A DNA stretch of 64,000 nucleotides from Thermoplasmatales archaeon SM1-50 (GTDB taxonomy: Archaea; Thermoplasmatota; E2; DHVEG-1), in assembly GCA_001595945.1 (NCBI GenBank), contig LSSI01000089.1, positions 453-64,452 on the forward strand, in the 5' to 3' direction. The notes beneath the pieces are model-generated. The model saw only the letters and a program-made list of their open reading frames with translations, was not told the DNA's origin and searched no databases. This document shows, one piece after another, positions 51,282 to 61,809 of the stretch. Position numbers and translations under genes: made by a program. Position 1 is the stretch's first letter. Every line of letters starts with the position of its first letter.

Positions 51282-53771
51282 ATGAAGAAAATAGCAATTC
51301 TGTTTGTTGTAGGAATTCTTGTAGGTACAACCATTGGAGCTGTTGCAACACAAGGTAACCAAAAATCGACCGAATTTCTTTCTGCACATGTATATACACC
51401 GTCTTTTCAGATACAATCCGTTGATAACGATGAATATCTTTTAATTGAACTTTCTGGGACATCCACATTTCAAACAAAAGCCGGGCAACCGCAACTTCCT
51501 AAGATTGTGCGTACCTTCGAACTTCCTTTTGGGGCAAGGAATATCCGTGTTTCACTAAACCCGCTTGATATAACCACCCAGCAGATTGACCAAAAAATTA
51601 GACCAGCTGCCCAAATGCTTCCTCTCACTATTGAATCTCAAAGCCTAGCCGCGTATACCAGGGTTAAAGACGAGCAAGTCTATGCGATGACAACACCGTA
51701 TCCAGAGACATGGTTTACAACTTCAATTGGAGTAGGTGTAAATAAAAACAACAAGCATGTCACCTTTTTAAACGTCTATTATTATCCGATTCGATACACA
51801 CCAGCGACAGGAACCCTACATATCGCCAACGCTGCGGACCTCTCTGTTACTTATACTTCACCGGCGTACAACCCGTTTCCAGCAAACACGGAATATAACC
51901 TAGTTATAATCGCACCAAAATCTTTTGAAAAAGCACTCCAACCACTCATAGAACATAAAGATAGCTACGGTAAGATGACGATACTTAAAACAACCGAAGA
52001 TATCTATAAAAACTATACCGGTGTTGATAAACCAGAGAAGATTAAATATTTCATTAAAGACGCGATTGAAACATGGGGCGTCGAATATGTTCTTTTAGTT
52101 GGTGGATTAAGAAATATGATTTTTGCTAAACCACGAGATAATGTAAACGAAGGAAGTAAGGCATGGCACGTACCTGTTCGATATACAAATCTATATGATA
52201 ACCCCAAATTCCCCTTAAGTGCAGAAAGCACTCTTCATGATCCGGGTGTTATCAGCGACCTTTATTATGCTGATATCTACAACTCCACAGGGAACTTCAG
52301 TAGCTGGGATCCCAATGGGGATGGCGTGTTTGCTGCATGGGGAAAACCAGGGGTTGAAAATGATACCGGAATCGATCTCTATCCTGATGTAGCCGTCGGC
52401 AGACTTGCATGCGTGAGCGTTGCTGAGGTCCGAACCGTCGTAAAGAAGATCATCACCTATGAAACAACAACCTATGGCCAAGACTGGTTCAATAAAATCG
52501 TAGCTATTAGCGGTGATGGATTCTTAGACCAACAGGATCTAAACATTCAATGGAACACTACTGGGCTCCCAAAAGGGACATACACGATTTACGCGCAGAG
52601 CCACAATCCTTCTGCAGAGTATGGGCCTATTGAAACCATTAATGTCACGGTTGATAAAACAAAGGAAACCAACCTTACCTTTAACCATGATGACTATTTA
52701 CGAATTAGCCAATACCCTGGATTGCCCATGGCTGAGATTGTGACGGTCTCTGAGGGAAATGTTCTTGGAAACACTGATTTTACGTATTCTCCTTCTGAGG
52801 GCGAGGCATATTGTAATGAGTTTTATTTCTGGGCAAACATGAGCTATGTTTCTGGGGTTCTTACCATCCGGGGAAAAAGCTATGATCCGAAGCCATACGG
52901 TAATCTCAGTAGCATCCATGTCTGGATAAAAAACAGTACTAATGAGATCGTTTTTGAGGATTGGCGAAATGACACAGAGATGTACTATGAGGGTGAATAC
53001 ACCACCGGAGAAAAAGTTTTGCTTGGTCGGGGTGGTGCTATGTATTATATGCCAGAAGAATTTGAACGGGAAATCGTCTGGGCCTCAAACGGAAAGTTAA
53101 CTGGGGAGGAAGACGTGATTAACGCTTGGAACGAAGGTGCTGGGTTTATGTTCATTTCAGGCCATGGCAGTCCCAATGTCTGGGCTGATCATTACCCTGG
53201 TGTCGCTGGGAATCGTCGATACGGAAGTATTACAGGACTTAGAGTCACAACCCTTCAACCGTGGTCACCGTTTTTCACCAAACCAATATTCCCAATGGAC
53301 ACCATCAAAAACGGTGAGAAACTCCCGATCACAATTATAGGGGGGTGTCATAACAGCCAGTTCAACGTGTCGATGATATATGGATTGCTTGATGGTATGA
53401 TCTATTTGCTACCGAACTTCCCGAAACTCAGCATGTGGTGCTATGGAACACCGGTACCTGAGGCATTCAGTTGGAGACTTATTCGAAATCCACGCGGTGG
53501 ATCTATTGCGAGCATAGGCAACACGGGTCTTGGGTATGGAATGCCTGGTGTTGATCTCACAACCGGTGGTGGTGATGGTTGGGTCACCATTGAATTCTTC
53601 AAGCAGTATGGAGCCGAAGAACAACATATTCTAGGACAAGCTCATAAGCAGACAATAATTTCCTATGCTAACACGTTTGACATGACTGATCTTGCAGCAG
53701 GTCATCCAAAAACCATCCAACAATGGGCGTTGCTTGGCGACCCAAGCCTTATGATTGGTGGATATCAGTAA
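51282..53771 (+). CDS. Secreted gingipain-like C25 peptidase with an internal insertion
   Basis: Signal peptide, YVLLVGG, SDLYYAD, VGRL, ISGHG, GGCHNS, LLGDPSL; extra segment between GDGF and EGEY. Confidence 0.9.
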   Translation: MKKIAILFVVGILVGTTIGAVATQGNQKSTEFLSAHVYTPSFQIQSVDNDEYLLIELSGTSTFQTKAGQPQLPKIVRTFELPFGARNIRVSLNPLDITTQQIDQKIRPAAQMLPLTIESQSLAAYTRVKDEQVYAMTTPYPETWFTTSIGVGVNKNNKHVTFLNVYYYPIRYTPATGTLHIANAADLSVTYTSPAYNPFPANTEYNLVIIAPKSFEKALQPLIEHKDSYGKMTILKTTEDIYKNYTGVDKPEKIKYFIKDAIETWGVEYVLLVGGLRNMIFAKPRDNVNEGSKAWHVPVRYTNLYDNPKFPLSAESTLHDPGVISDLYYADIYNSTGNFSSWDPNGDGVFAAWGKPGVENDTGIDLYPDVAVGRLACVSVAEVRTVVKKIITYETTTYGQDWFNKIVAISGDGFLDQQDLNIQWNTTGLPKGTYTIYAQSHNPSAEYGPIETINVTVDKTKETNLTFNHDDYLRISQYPGLPMAEIVTVSEGNVLGNTDFTYSPSEGEAYCNEFYFWANMSYVSGVLTIRGKSYDPKPYGNLSSIHVWIKNSTNEIVFEDWRNDTEMYYEGEYTTGEKVLLGRGGAMYYMPEEFEREIVWASNGKLTGEEDVINAWNEGAGFMFISGHGSPNVWADHYPGVAGNRRYGSITGLRVTTLQPWSPFFTKPIFPMDTIKNGEKLPITIIGGCHNSQFNVSMIYGLLDGMIYLLPNFPKLSMWCYGTPVPEAFSWRLIRNPRGGSIASIGNTGLGYGMPGVDLTTGGGDGWVTIEFFKQYGAEEQHILGQAHKQTIISYANTFDMTDLAAGHPKTIQQWALLGDPSLMIGGYQ

Positions 53772-53926
53772 CACCCCATCAAATTTTTTTATTTTTATTT
53801 AGTTCACCAATGCATAGCTAGAATTATTTTCCTTTGATTTCATAAAAAAATATCGACAATAAGTGATTTTAACTTGGGAAATATATATAAACTTCATTTC
53901 ATATCATCTTATGGAGGACGAAATAT

Positions 53927-55090
53927 ATGAAGAAGAAAAAATTCATACCAATAATAATCGTAGGAATACTCTGTAGTATATCATTTTTCTCTGGATGTAT
54001 ACGACCTTTTGTTATTGATACAGGTGTATGGGATCATATCAATGAAGAAGGAACAGCGGTAAGATTATGGGGACAACTTGATATTATTTTTGAAAGCCCT
54101 GATAACTGGAATGAAGGGTTCGTCTGGGACATTGAATCCCATACGGACTGGCAAGATTATCTCTATCGGGACTGGGCGGATAACCATTATGGGCTTGGAT
54201 TATTTTCGATTAACATCCAAAACCTAAGTCGGACCACGACATATCACTATCGTGCCATCGGGGAAAATCTTAAAGCAGTGAATCAATTTGGTGTTGGACA
54301 TGATTTTACGTTTATCCCTGGTGGTCCACGTGTTGTCACCGATAATGCTTCAAACGTTGGACTTACTGAGGCGACGCTTAGGGGAAATCTTTGGCATATG
54401 GGAGGCGCGTCATCTTGTCTTGTGTACTTCTTATATGGAACCGATATAAATTCATTAAATATACAAACTTCTCCTCAGAATATGACCGATACCGGGGTCT
54501 TCAATGTTTCTCTCACAGGTCTTACCGTTAATACAACATATTACTTCAAGGCTGTTGCCGAAAATGATGCAGATACCTGGGCAGGAATTATCCGGCAGGT
54601 CACACCAGGAAGACCAGTGGTGATAACCAGACAACCCGTTGAAATCGGCAAAAACCATGCGATATTGAAAGGAGAGCTTTGGCACACTGGAGGGACCGCT
54701 GAGTGCGATGTCTGGTTTGTTTATAGTGATAAAGGTCCTAATATCTTTGATCAATCAACCATGCCACAAACCATGAATGCTACAGGGGCGTTTCAGATAT
54801 ATGTTGGGAATCTAAGTCCGATTACAAAATATTGGTATAGAGCCATTGCAGATAATGGATATGCACAAGATGCAGGTGGTATCTATGAGTTCACTACGAC
54901 TCCGACAGCACAGATTAAAAACACAGGGGTTCTTGCACAGCCATATCAATCCGACTCATCCATTCCTTATGAAGATATTCTCTCCCATGTCTCCCCAGGC
55001 TATGCAAAACTTCTTGAAAAGCATCCGCTGCTGCTGAAAGCATTATTACAACAATCACGATTTCGAGCGCTGCTAATGAAACTCGGATGA
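53927..55090 (+). CDS. Putative lipoprotein with three FN3-like repeats
   Basis: Lipobox-like FFSGC; repeats ending TTYHYRA / TTYYFKA / TKYWYRA. Confidence 0.72.
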   Translation: MKKKKFIPIIIVGILCSISFFSGCIRPFVIDTGVWDHINEEGTAVRLWGQLDIIFESPDNWNEGFVWDIESHTDWQDYLYRDWADNHYGLGLFSINIQNLSRTTTYHYRAIGENLKAVNQFGVGHDFTFIPGGPRVVTDNASNVGLTEATLRGNLWHMGGASSCLVYFLYGTDINSLNIQTSPQNMTDTGVFNVSLTGLTVNTTYYFKAVAENDADTWAGIIRQVTPGRPVVITRQPVEIGKNHAILKGELWHTGGTAECDVWFVYSDKGPNIFDQSTMPQTMNATGAFQIYVGNLSPITKYWYRAIADNGYAQDAGGIYEFTTTPTAQIKNTGVLAQPYQSDSSIPYEDILSHVSPGYAKLLEKHPLLLKALLQQSRFRALLMKLG

Positions 55091-55440
55091 AAGTAATTTT
55101 TTTCTTTCTTTTTTTAGATTATTAGAAATTGTCTTTTATTGAAGAATTTAGTAAAAAAATTACTTTTTTATATAAATACTCCCTTCTATGATAGTACAAA
55201 AATTAATGAAGAAATAAAGAAATAATATGGTCAAGTATCAATTCGTTCAATTTTGAGTAAAAAACTCTTTTATATTCAGAAGTAACTACTTTTTTATAGT
55301 GGATAATATGAAAGGGATTTGACTGAGGAAAACCATGGAATAATATCATTTAGCTAATGAACTATGGTTAAAATAAAAAGACATATGATCCTCTTCAATC
55401 CATTCAAGAAGTTTGAACAATTTCAAATGGAGGAACAAGC

Positions 55441-58400
55441 ATGAAAAATAAAAGAAGAAAGGTTTGGGCTGTTGTATTCTGTATACTTTTACTTGGAACT
55501 ATGTTTTTTGTTCCTGCGAGCTCAATGCAGGGTAACTCATCGTCTATTGTATATCAACAAAACCAAAGTCATAAACAGTACAATGATGAAGAAAAAGATC
55601 TTGGGCCATTGGTTCCTGATCGTAAATACATACTGTACGATGAGCCTGCACCGATGACAAAGAGCACTGACAATCCCGATGCTGGTACAAAAAAGGATGC
55701 AGGCAATGAGTTTGATTACGCAACCCCCCTCTATCCTGGTGAATGTATTGATAACACACCTGGTCGGGGAAGAACAGGCACCATAGCATCTACAGATATA
55801 TTCGATTGGTACTTCTTTTCAATAAGCCAAGGTCAGGATGTTACAATCACTTTAGTGCCGCAAGCAGGGTTCAACATTGATCTTTTCTTGCTTGATAATA
55901 ATCAAATTGAGATTCTGTCATCGACTAACCCAGCAAGTGACCCAGAAGTAGTTACCCATACTGCAGCGTACACCGGATATCATTACATTAAATTACTCTA
56001 TGTAAGCGGAACAGGAATCGGAGATTATAACTTTACAATAACCATAACAACTCAGAATGACGCAGGGAGCGGAGATGATGCATCTGATGTTTTCGCCACT
56101 GCCCTTTCTATAACCCCAGGAACATACACGGGTTATCTGGACATGAACGACTCCTATGATTTCTATAAGTTTTTTGTTAATGTTGGAAAAGGTATAAATT
56201 TCAGTTTAGAAATGAAAAATACGGCCTTGTTCTCTGATTTTGATATTACTTTGTTTTCACCAAGTGGAACATTGGTCTATGAGGAGGACGCCTATTATGA
56301 TGATGAGCTTTTATATCCTGCTTCAGAAACAGGGGAATGGAGGGTCCGTATCGACATTTTCCCAGGATGGGTTGATGTTCCTCATCCGACTGAATGGGAG
56401 TATTATTCCTATGGTTCAGGGGCATATGTCTTGACTTTTGATATAGAAGAGAGCGCGTCAATCCCACCATCGATCCCACAACCGCAGATTACCCCTATCG
56501 CGAACACCCTCAAGGTTTCAAATGACCCTCTTAGCACAAAGGATGAATTTGGATATCTCGCAGCGATTCCCGCCTGTAACTATGTTGAGGGGGGGACACG
56601 TTATGTTGCTCCTATTATATATGAAGGGGATGACACACCGACAAGCTACTATGGGACTGAAGGAGACCGTGGGACGGTAGACGACACAACGCAGTATCTC
56701 ATTGATGATTGGAACGCCTATCTTTCAAACCATGGGGTGACTCCATTTATCTATGATGTCCCAACAGATTCTGTCATCGCCGCAGCACAAATCGCACAGA
56801 ATTACTGGACTTCTTCAGATCTTGCTGTGGTCGCCGTGGATGGAAGCGGTTATATGGATGATGTGAAAACTATTTTAAAACGAACAAAGACACTTACCAG
56901 GGTTGTTGAAGTTGATGAGATTCAGAACGATGACCCAAAGATTTCAAGTGATTTAGGGTATATGATGTTACTTGGTCCGAAATGGTGCGCCCTAGGCGTC
57001 AATGTTACAGGAATTTCCATAACAAGCAGCAGCCAGGCTGGTGCTTTACTCACACAGGTGTACCCAAAATACATTGATATGAGCTCTGACGACTGGCCTA
57101 CCCCATACGATGGGCCAGGAAATGCAGGTGACATTTATCATCCTGTATCCCGCATAGGACTGTGGTCAGCAAGTACAGCAGTATCAAATACTCAGTTCGA
57201 TTTACTTCGTGTAACAAAATATGCAGGGGACCGCTTTCATGTTCGCGTGAGAAACGCTGATTCCACGCTTACTGCGAAAATTACAACCACCGAGCCTTCT
57301 GATCTTCTTGTATTCCTTGTTGATCCTCGTGGTTATGTCCGTGCTCCTGATATGCCTATATGGAACGGACCGGTAAACCCGATTCATGTCTGGAATGGAC
57401 TGGAAAACCCGACTGTGAACCCCTGGAGATGCTGGAATCCGGAGCCTCATACAGAATGCATTGCAGAGGTGTTACATCCTGAGGAAGGTTGGTGGACCGT
57501 TATCGTCGTCCCACGATATGAAGTCGGCCCAGAAAAAATCAGATATACTGTGACCGTTGACCAACGAACCGTGAATGCAAAACGAGCAGATGCTGAGATC
57601 TCTGCCGCAAATGCTGCGGTAATCGCTTCTTTAAATCACGCGCCTCTTTTATACGTCTCTGAAGATGCGATACCGTCTGTAACGGCAACTGCTTTTACCG
57701 CGCTTGGGGTCAACAAGGTTATCTTTGTTGAAAGGGGAGATATCGGCACAGTGAGTTTCCCTTCAGGTATCACCGTTCAAGCTGATTTAACTGAGATGCA
57801 AGATATCGTCGATCACATCAAAGCGTATGACGACTCGGAGAACTTCATCACTATCACTTCACTTAAAACAGGTAAAGGGTTCTTTGCCCCAGCTGCGTAT
57901 CTTGCGGCCTATCATGGTTCACCAGTCCTTCGTATTGAGGATGCACCAGGGAATCCAGCGGCAATGGCTGACCGTATTGAAACATGGCGGCTTGGTGATG
58001 GAGATTACTATCATGGTGCGCGTGCCCCGGCGCATCTACCTGATGCAAGAGAACCTGTCGACCAGAACCCTATTCGATTACTTACTGCCATGCTTCAGTT
58101 CTTACGATCAAAGAACTCCTCGGTGCTACCACCGCTTGGGATGGATGCTGATCGATACTGGCGTGCAGAGATGCACAATGAAACATATGAGTGGATTGCC
58201 AGCTACAATCTTGATCTTGAAGGACAGGAGGCATACTGTTTCGTTGCCCCGAGAACCGATATCTATCTGCCTTTACATTCTGTCATGATTGGGAATAATT
58301 CTTATGCGGGTCATATTCCCGGTGACACCCCTGCATATTCCTCTGCGATTATCGTTCGTAGCGTGCTCTACCCAGTTATTATCTTTGCAAACCCCAATCG

Positions 58401-59172
58401 AAATACCACGACATCTCAATTGATGAATTTTCCTGATGGTGACTCTTGGACATATAACAATGGACAAAGTGAATTAACTTATTCAAGTCGCACTGTGAAA
58501 CAGTGTTTCAGTTCACATTTCAGGACCTTTGAAGGGCATTGCCTCTGGGATGCACATCTGCAGGAAATGAATAACGGGGTTAGTGTATTCTACTACAGTG
58601 GTCATGGTACCGGAGGCAGTGGTATCTCTGCACAGTATTACCAGACTGAGCATTGCAACTATCCTGAGCAGATCTGGTGGGATGCCTGGCGTGGTTACAG
58701 CGGGTATGATCGTTGGCGTATCGTGAGAAACAACGGAAAGAGCTGGTATAACCCAGAACCTCCATCTCTTTACGATATCATTCAATACGACCATGTCGAT
58801 CGACTCCTTGGAAATCTGAAAAGCTGTGCCGTCTTCTATCAATCCTGTTCAACTGGTGATGGATATGGCCCGATGGTGTATCTTGATCATGGGGCAGTAC
58901 TCTGGTATGGAAACGCAGGCTCCGGACTCTGTCCAGAAGCTGATTTAATGGATGACAAGTTCTTCGAAGGTACGATGTTACATGGTGAAACGGTCGGTCA
59001 AGCGTATTCAAAAGAAGTCTGGCTCCATTATCGTGATTTCACCACCCTTGATCCAGTTGCGATGTATGGATCATCTACGAACCGGATTACTACCATGCAA
59101 TGCATCTATGGAGATCCTACCTTGGTGATTTTCAGCCCAGAATGGACAGAACCAGCACCAATTATGGGATAA
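55441..59172 (+). CDS. Large secreted protein with PPC-like domains and a divergent C25-like C-terminal domain
   Basis: Signal peptide, D.FDWYFF / D.YDFYKF repeats, YYSGHG, YQSCS, IYGDP. Confidence 0.75.
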   Translation: MKNKRRKVWAVVFCILLLGTMFFVPASSMQGNSSSIVYQQNQSHKQYNDEEKDLGPLVPDRKYILYDEPAPMTKSTDNPDAGTKKDAGNEFDYATPLYPGECIDNTPGRGRTGTIASTDIFDWYFFSISQGQDVTITLVPQAGFNIDLFLLDNNQIEILSSTNPASDPEVVTHTAAYTGYHYIKLLYVSGTGIGDYNFTITITTQNDAGSGDDASDVFATALSITPGTYTGYLDMNDSYDFYKFFVNVGKGINFSLEMKNTALFSDFDITLFSPSGTLVYEEDAYYDDELLYPASETGEWRVRIDIFPGWVDVPHPTEWEYYSYGSGAYVLTFDIEESASIPPSIPQPQITPIANTLKVSNDPLSTKDEFGYLAAIPACNYVEGGTRYVAPIIYEGDDTPTSYYGTEGDRGTVDDTTQYLIDDWNAYLSNHGVTPFIYDVPTDSVIAAAQIAQNYWTSSDLAVVAVDGSGYMDDVKTILKRTKTLTRVVEVDEIQNDDPKISSDLGYMMLLGPKWCALGVNVTGISITSSSQAGALLTQVYPKYIDMSSDDWPTPYDGPGNAGDIYHPVSRIGLWSASTAVSNTQFDLLRVTKYAGDRFHVRVRNADSTLTAKITTTEPSDLLVFLVDPRGYVRAPDMPIWNGPVNPIHVWNGLENPTVNPWRCWNPEPHTECIAEVLHPEEGWWTVIVVPRYEVGPEKIRYTVTVDQRTVNAKRADAEISAANAAVIASLNHAPLLYVSEDAIPSVTATAFTALGVNKVIFVERGDIGTVSFPSGITVQADLTEMQDIVDHIKAYDDSENFITITSLKTGKGFFAPAAYLAAYHGSPVLRIEDAPGNPAAMADRIETWRLGDGDYYHGARAPAHLPDAREPVDQNPIRLLTAMLQFLRSKNSSVLPPLGMDADRYWRAEMHNETYEWIASYNLDLEGQEAYCFVAPRTDIYLPLHSVMIGNNSYAGHIPGDTPAYSSAIIVRSVLYPVIIFANPNRNTTTSQLMNFPDGDSWTYNNGQSELTYSSRTVKQCFSSHFRTFEGHCLWDAHLQEMNNGVSVFYYSGHGTGGSGISAQYYQTEHCNYPEQIWWDAWRGYSGYDRWRIVRNNGKSWYNPEPPSLYDIIQYDHVDRLLGNLKSCAVFYQSCSTGDGYGPMVYLDHGAVLWYGNAGSGLCPEADLMDDKFFEGTMLHGETVGQAYSKEVWLHYRDFTTLDPVAMYGSSTNRITTMQCIYGDPTLVIFSPEWTEPAPIMG

Positions 59173-59196
59173 TCACCCAATTTTTTTTTTATATAT

Positions 59197-59772
59197 TTAT
59201 GGTACCCCTGGTTTTTTATTCTGTCGTGAGCGTTGTACAATATGGGCGATTCTTTTACTCCTTGTTTCTTTTGTTTTCGCACTTTTCACCCATCCACAGT
59301 ACATGTTTCTGTAACTATTTGCGAAGCCTTGGAAATTATTCCATGCAACACTATCTGCCTGAAGTGCTTGTTTCAGATCTGAAGGGATTCGCTCCTTAAC
59401 CTTATTTGTATAAGCAGTATCCCATAACCCTTGTCTTTTTGCTTCTTCGATTTTTTCCAAACCTGCCTTGGTCATTTTTCCAGAGACAATCAATACTTCA
59501 GCGTTTTGTTTATTTATTTTTGACCAAACACTTTTTGATTTCCTTGGTGAATACTTTAGTATGAATCGATCTTCATCAATCTTTTTCAGTTTGCTATCAA
59601 TCCAACCAAAACAGAGAGCCTCTATGACAGCATCACGATGATTCAAGTAGTGTTTGCCAGAATTTTTCTTATAATGAATAAGCCAGATTTCTTTGGCAAT
59701 CATATGGTGTTTTTCAAGCCATGAGCGCCATTCGTTTCTATTGGAAAGTAATAGAGCCTTTTCAAGACTCAT
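59197..59772 (-). CDS. YdeI/OmpD-associated family protein
   Basis: WRSWLEKHH, EALCFGWIDS, SPRKSKSVWS..N, SAKTKETRSKRI. Confidence 0.9.
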   Translation of the reverse strand: MSLEKALLLSNRNEWRSWLEKHHMIAKEIWLIHYKKNSGKHYLNHRDAVIEALCFGWIDSKLKKIDEDRFILKYSPRKSKSVWSKINKQNAEVLIVSGKMTKAGLEKIEEAKRQGLWDTAYTNKVKERIPSDLKQALQADSVAWNNFQGFANSYRNMYCGWVKSAKTKETRSKRIAHIVQRSRQNKKPGVP

Positions 59773-59955
59773 ACGTCTGCCTCCTTCTTTCGTATATAAA
59801 AACAAAGATTTATTTTTTATGATAGACTGTTTGATTACACTTAAGAATATTTACTAATGATGATGTTATGTGTCTTTTTCTTGAGAGAGAGTATTTAATC
59901 TCCGTTTCTATCCATTATGTATTATTTGCTAAACATTCGCATTTCTCGGTGTAAA

Positions 59956-60417
59956 ATGAGAAAACACTATACTGAAGAACTTATTGCGCCCTGTGGGATG
60001 AATTGTAACATATGTAGCGGATACCTTGCATTGAAATATAAATTGAAAAATACAGGGATTCATATCCCGTACTGTAAAGGATGTCGACCGCGGGACAAAC
60101 AATGCGCGTTTCTTAAAAAAAGATGTAAACGACTCCAAAATAAAACTGTTCAGTTTTGTTATGAATGTCCAAAGTATCCTTGTGAGAACCTCAACCATAT
60201 CGATTCGAGATATCGGACGTTTTTCCAGATGAGCTTTCTTGAAAATCTTAGGGATATCAAGGAGTATGGCATGGAGAAATTCCTAAGGAAAGAGGAAAAG
60301 AAATGGGGGTGTCCAACGTGTGGAGGCGTGTTATGCTGCCATAACGGACTGTGTTTCTGGTGTGATAGGGAAACATTAAAAACAAAGAGAAAACTGTATA
60401 GATGGGAAAATGAGTAA
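59956..60417 (+). CDS. DUF3795 family Cys-rich protein
   Basis: APCGMNCNIC, CKGCR, FCYECPKYPC, CPTCGG..CCHNGLC. Confidence 0.85.
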   Translation: MRKHYTEELIAPCGMNCNICSGYLALKYKLKNTGIHIPYCKGCRPRDKQCAFLKKRCKRLQNKTVQFCYECPKYPCENLNHIDSRYRTFFQMSFLENLRDIKEYGMEKFLRKEEKKWGCPTCGGVLCCHNGLCFWCDRETLKTKRKLYRWENE

Positions 60418-60813
60418 AAAACAAGTCATTTTCTGTGGATACCGATGTGATTTATGTCCGGCTTTTGTGAAAAATAAAAACCGATTTATTGATAGAACGA
60501 CCTTGAGAGCGGGATGGAACACTTTCTTTGGTTTTGATATCCCTGAAGAACGTATCATCTGTGTTGGTTGTGTTAAGAAAGGAGATCATTTGGATACAGG
60601 GTGTACCGTTCAACCCTGTGCTCTAAGCAAACCTCTTCAGAATTGCTCGCTTTTGGCCTTTTTGAATCCTGTCATACTCCCATATTGCATGCGGATATAC
60701 TTGATGAGATTAAAAAGACATATCGTGGGAAGATTTTAAAAGGGGAGTATTCAGTATTTTTACCACCCTATGAAGGTCGGAGAGAATTGAAAAAACAACG
60801 GAAGACGAGGTGA
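60410..60813 (+). pseudogene. DUF3795 family protein, frameshifted near 60650
   Basis: FCGYRCDLCPA..CVGC..C in one frame; plausible C-terminus FESC..PYEGRRELKK in the overlapping frame, ending 4 nt before the next gene. Confidence 0.65.
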
Positions 60814-60817
60814 TTTC

Positions 60818-61321
60818 ATGGTATATAAAAGGAAATCATGGCAGGAGAAACTTGCTGATAAAAAAGGGTTGCCGAAGGTCTTGAGATTACAGAAAAATTT
60901 CCCGTGTTACAACGCTGTTCATAGAATGGGTGCTGAGATTGGGGATGATGTCGTGTTGGTAAACCCAAGTGAAATCGTTAATCTTATGAAACAGGTTCCG
61001 AAAGGAAAGCTGATTACTCTTATTGAGATATGTAAGACGATAGCCAAAAACCATCATGTTCAAGCATGTTGTTCTCTTACAACCGGAATTTTCATTATGA
61101 TTGCAGCAAATGCAGAAAAAGAGGCAAAAAACCAGGGGAAAACTCTTGACATCCCATATTGGCGTACCTTAAAAGCAGATGGATCCTTAAATGAAAAATA
61201 CCCTGGTGGAGCACAGGCACAGAAAAAAATACTTGAACAAGAAGGATTTACCGTACAGAAAAAAGGGAAGAAATTTTTCGTAAAAGATTTTGAGAAATAT
61301 ATTGAAGAGGTGAAACAATAA
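60818..61321 (+). CDS. MGMT/alkyltransferase-like family protein
   Basis: VPKGKLIT, PYWRTLK (no active-site Cys), LEQEGF. Confidence 0.75.
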   Translation: MVYKRKSWQEKLADKKGLPKVLRLQKNFPCYNAVHRMGAEIGDDVVLVNPSEIVNLMKQVPKGKLITLIEICKTIAKNHHVQACCSLTTGIFIMIAANAEKEAKNQGKTLDIPYWRTLKADGSLNEKYPGGAQAQKKILEQEGFTVQKKGKKFFVKDFEKYIEEVKQ

Positions 61322-61788
61322 ATAAAGAAGAGTGTTGTCCGAAGTTTGATCCCTCACCTTGGGATGGTAAGTTATTTGAATGGAACCAGAAGAGGTTTAT
61401 AAAGGATAATGTTGCAACGTTTCTTTATATGCCTTTGAATTTTGGAAAGGTTATGAAGCGACTTGATGAAAAAGTACGAAATGCCTCTGCAACGATTCCT
61501 GGCCAGGTCTGTTTATCAGAACATACATCAAAGTGGAATATGGATGTGTATCTTGCGGTTGATAAGGAAATCCCCGATGCAGAGAATATGATGTTAAGCG
61601 GGAAGTTTCTTACTAAGGTCTATGAAGGTCCTTTTCAAGATACCGGGAAATGGTGTAAGGATTTTGAACAGTTCGCATCAAGCAAAGGTGTACAGATTTC
61701 AAAATGGTATATGTGGTATACAACATGTCCGAAATGTGCTGAGAAATATGGAAAAAATTACGTGGTGATTGTCGCGCTGGTCACGTAA
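61318..61788 (+). CDS. Conserved hypothetical protein (GyrI-like/'hydrolase' type) with apparent ATA start
   Basis: Frame is open upstream of 61429 (ECCPKFDPSPWDGK..RFIKD) back to ATA at 61318, which follows GAGGTGA; C-terminal YTTCPKCA..YGKNYVV. Confidence 0.7.
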   Translation: MNKEECCPKFDPSPWDGKLFEWNQKRFIKDNVATFLYMPLNFGKVMKRLDEKVRNASATIPGQVCLSEHTSKWNMDVYLAVDKEIPDAENMMLSGKFLTKVYEGPFQDTGKWCKDFEQFASSKGVQISKWYMWYTTCPKCAEKYGKNYVVIVALVT

Positions 61789-61809
61789 TCCTCCATAAGA
61801 GCCCATTCC

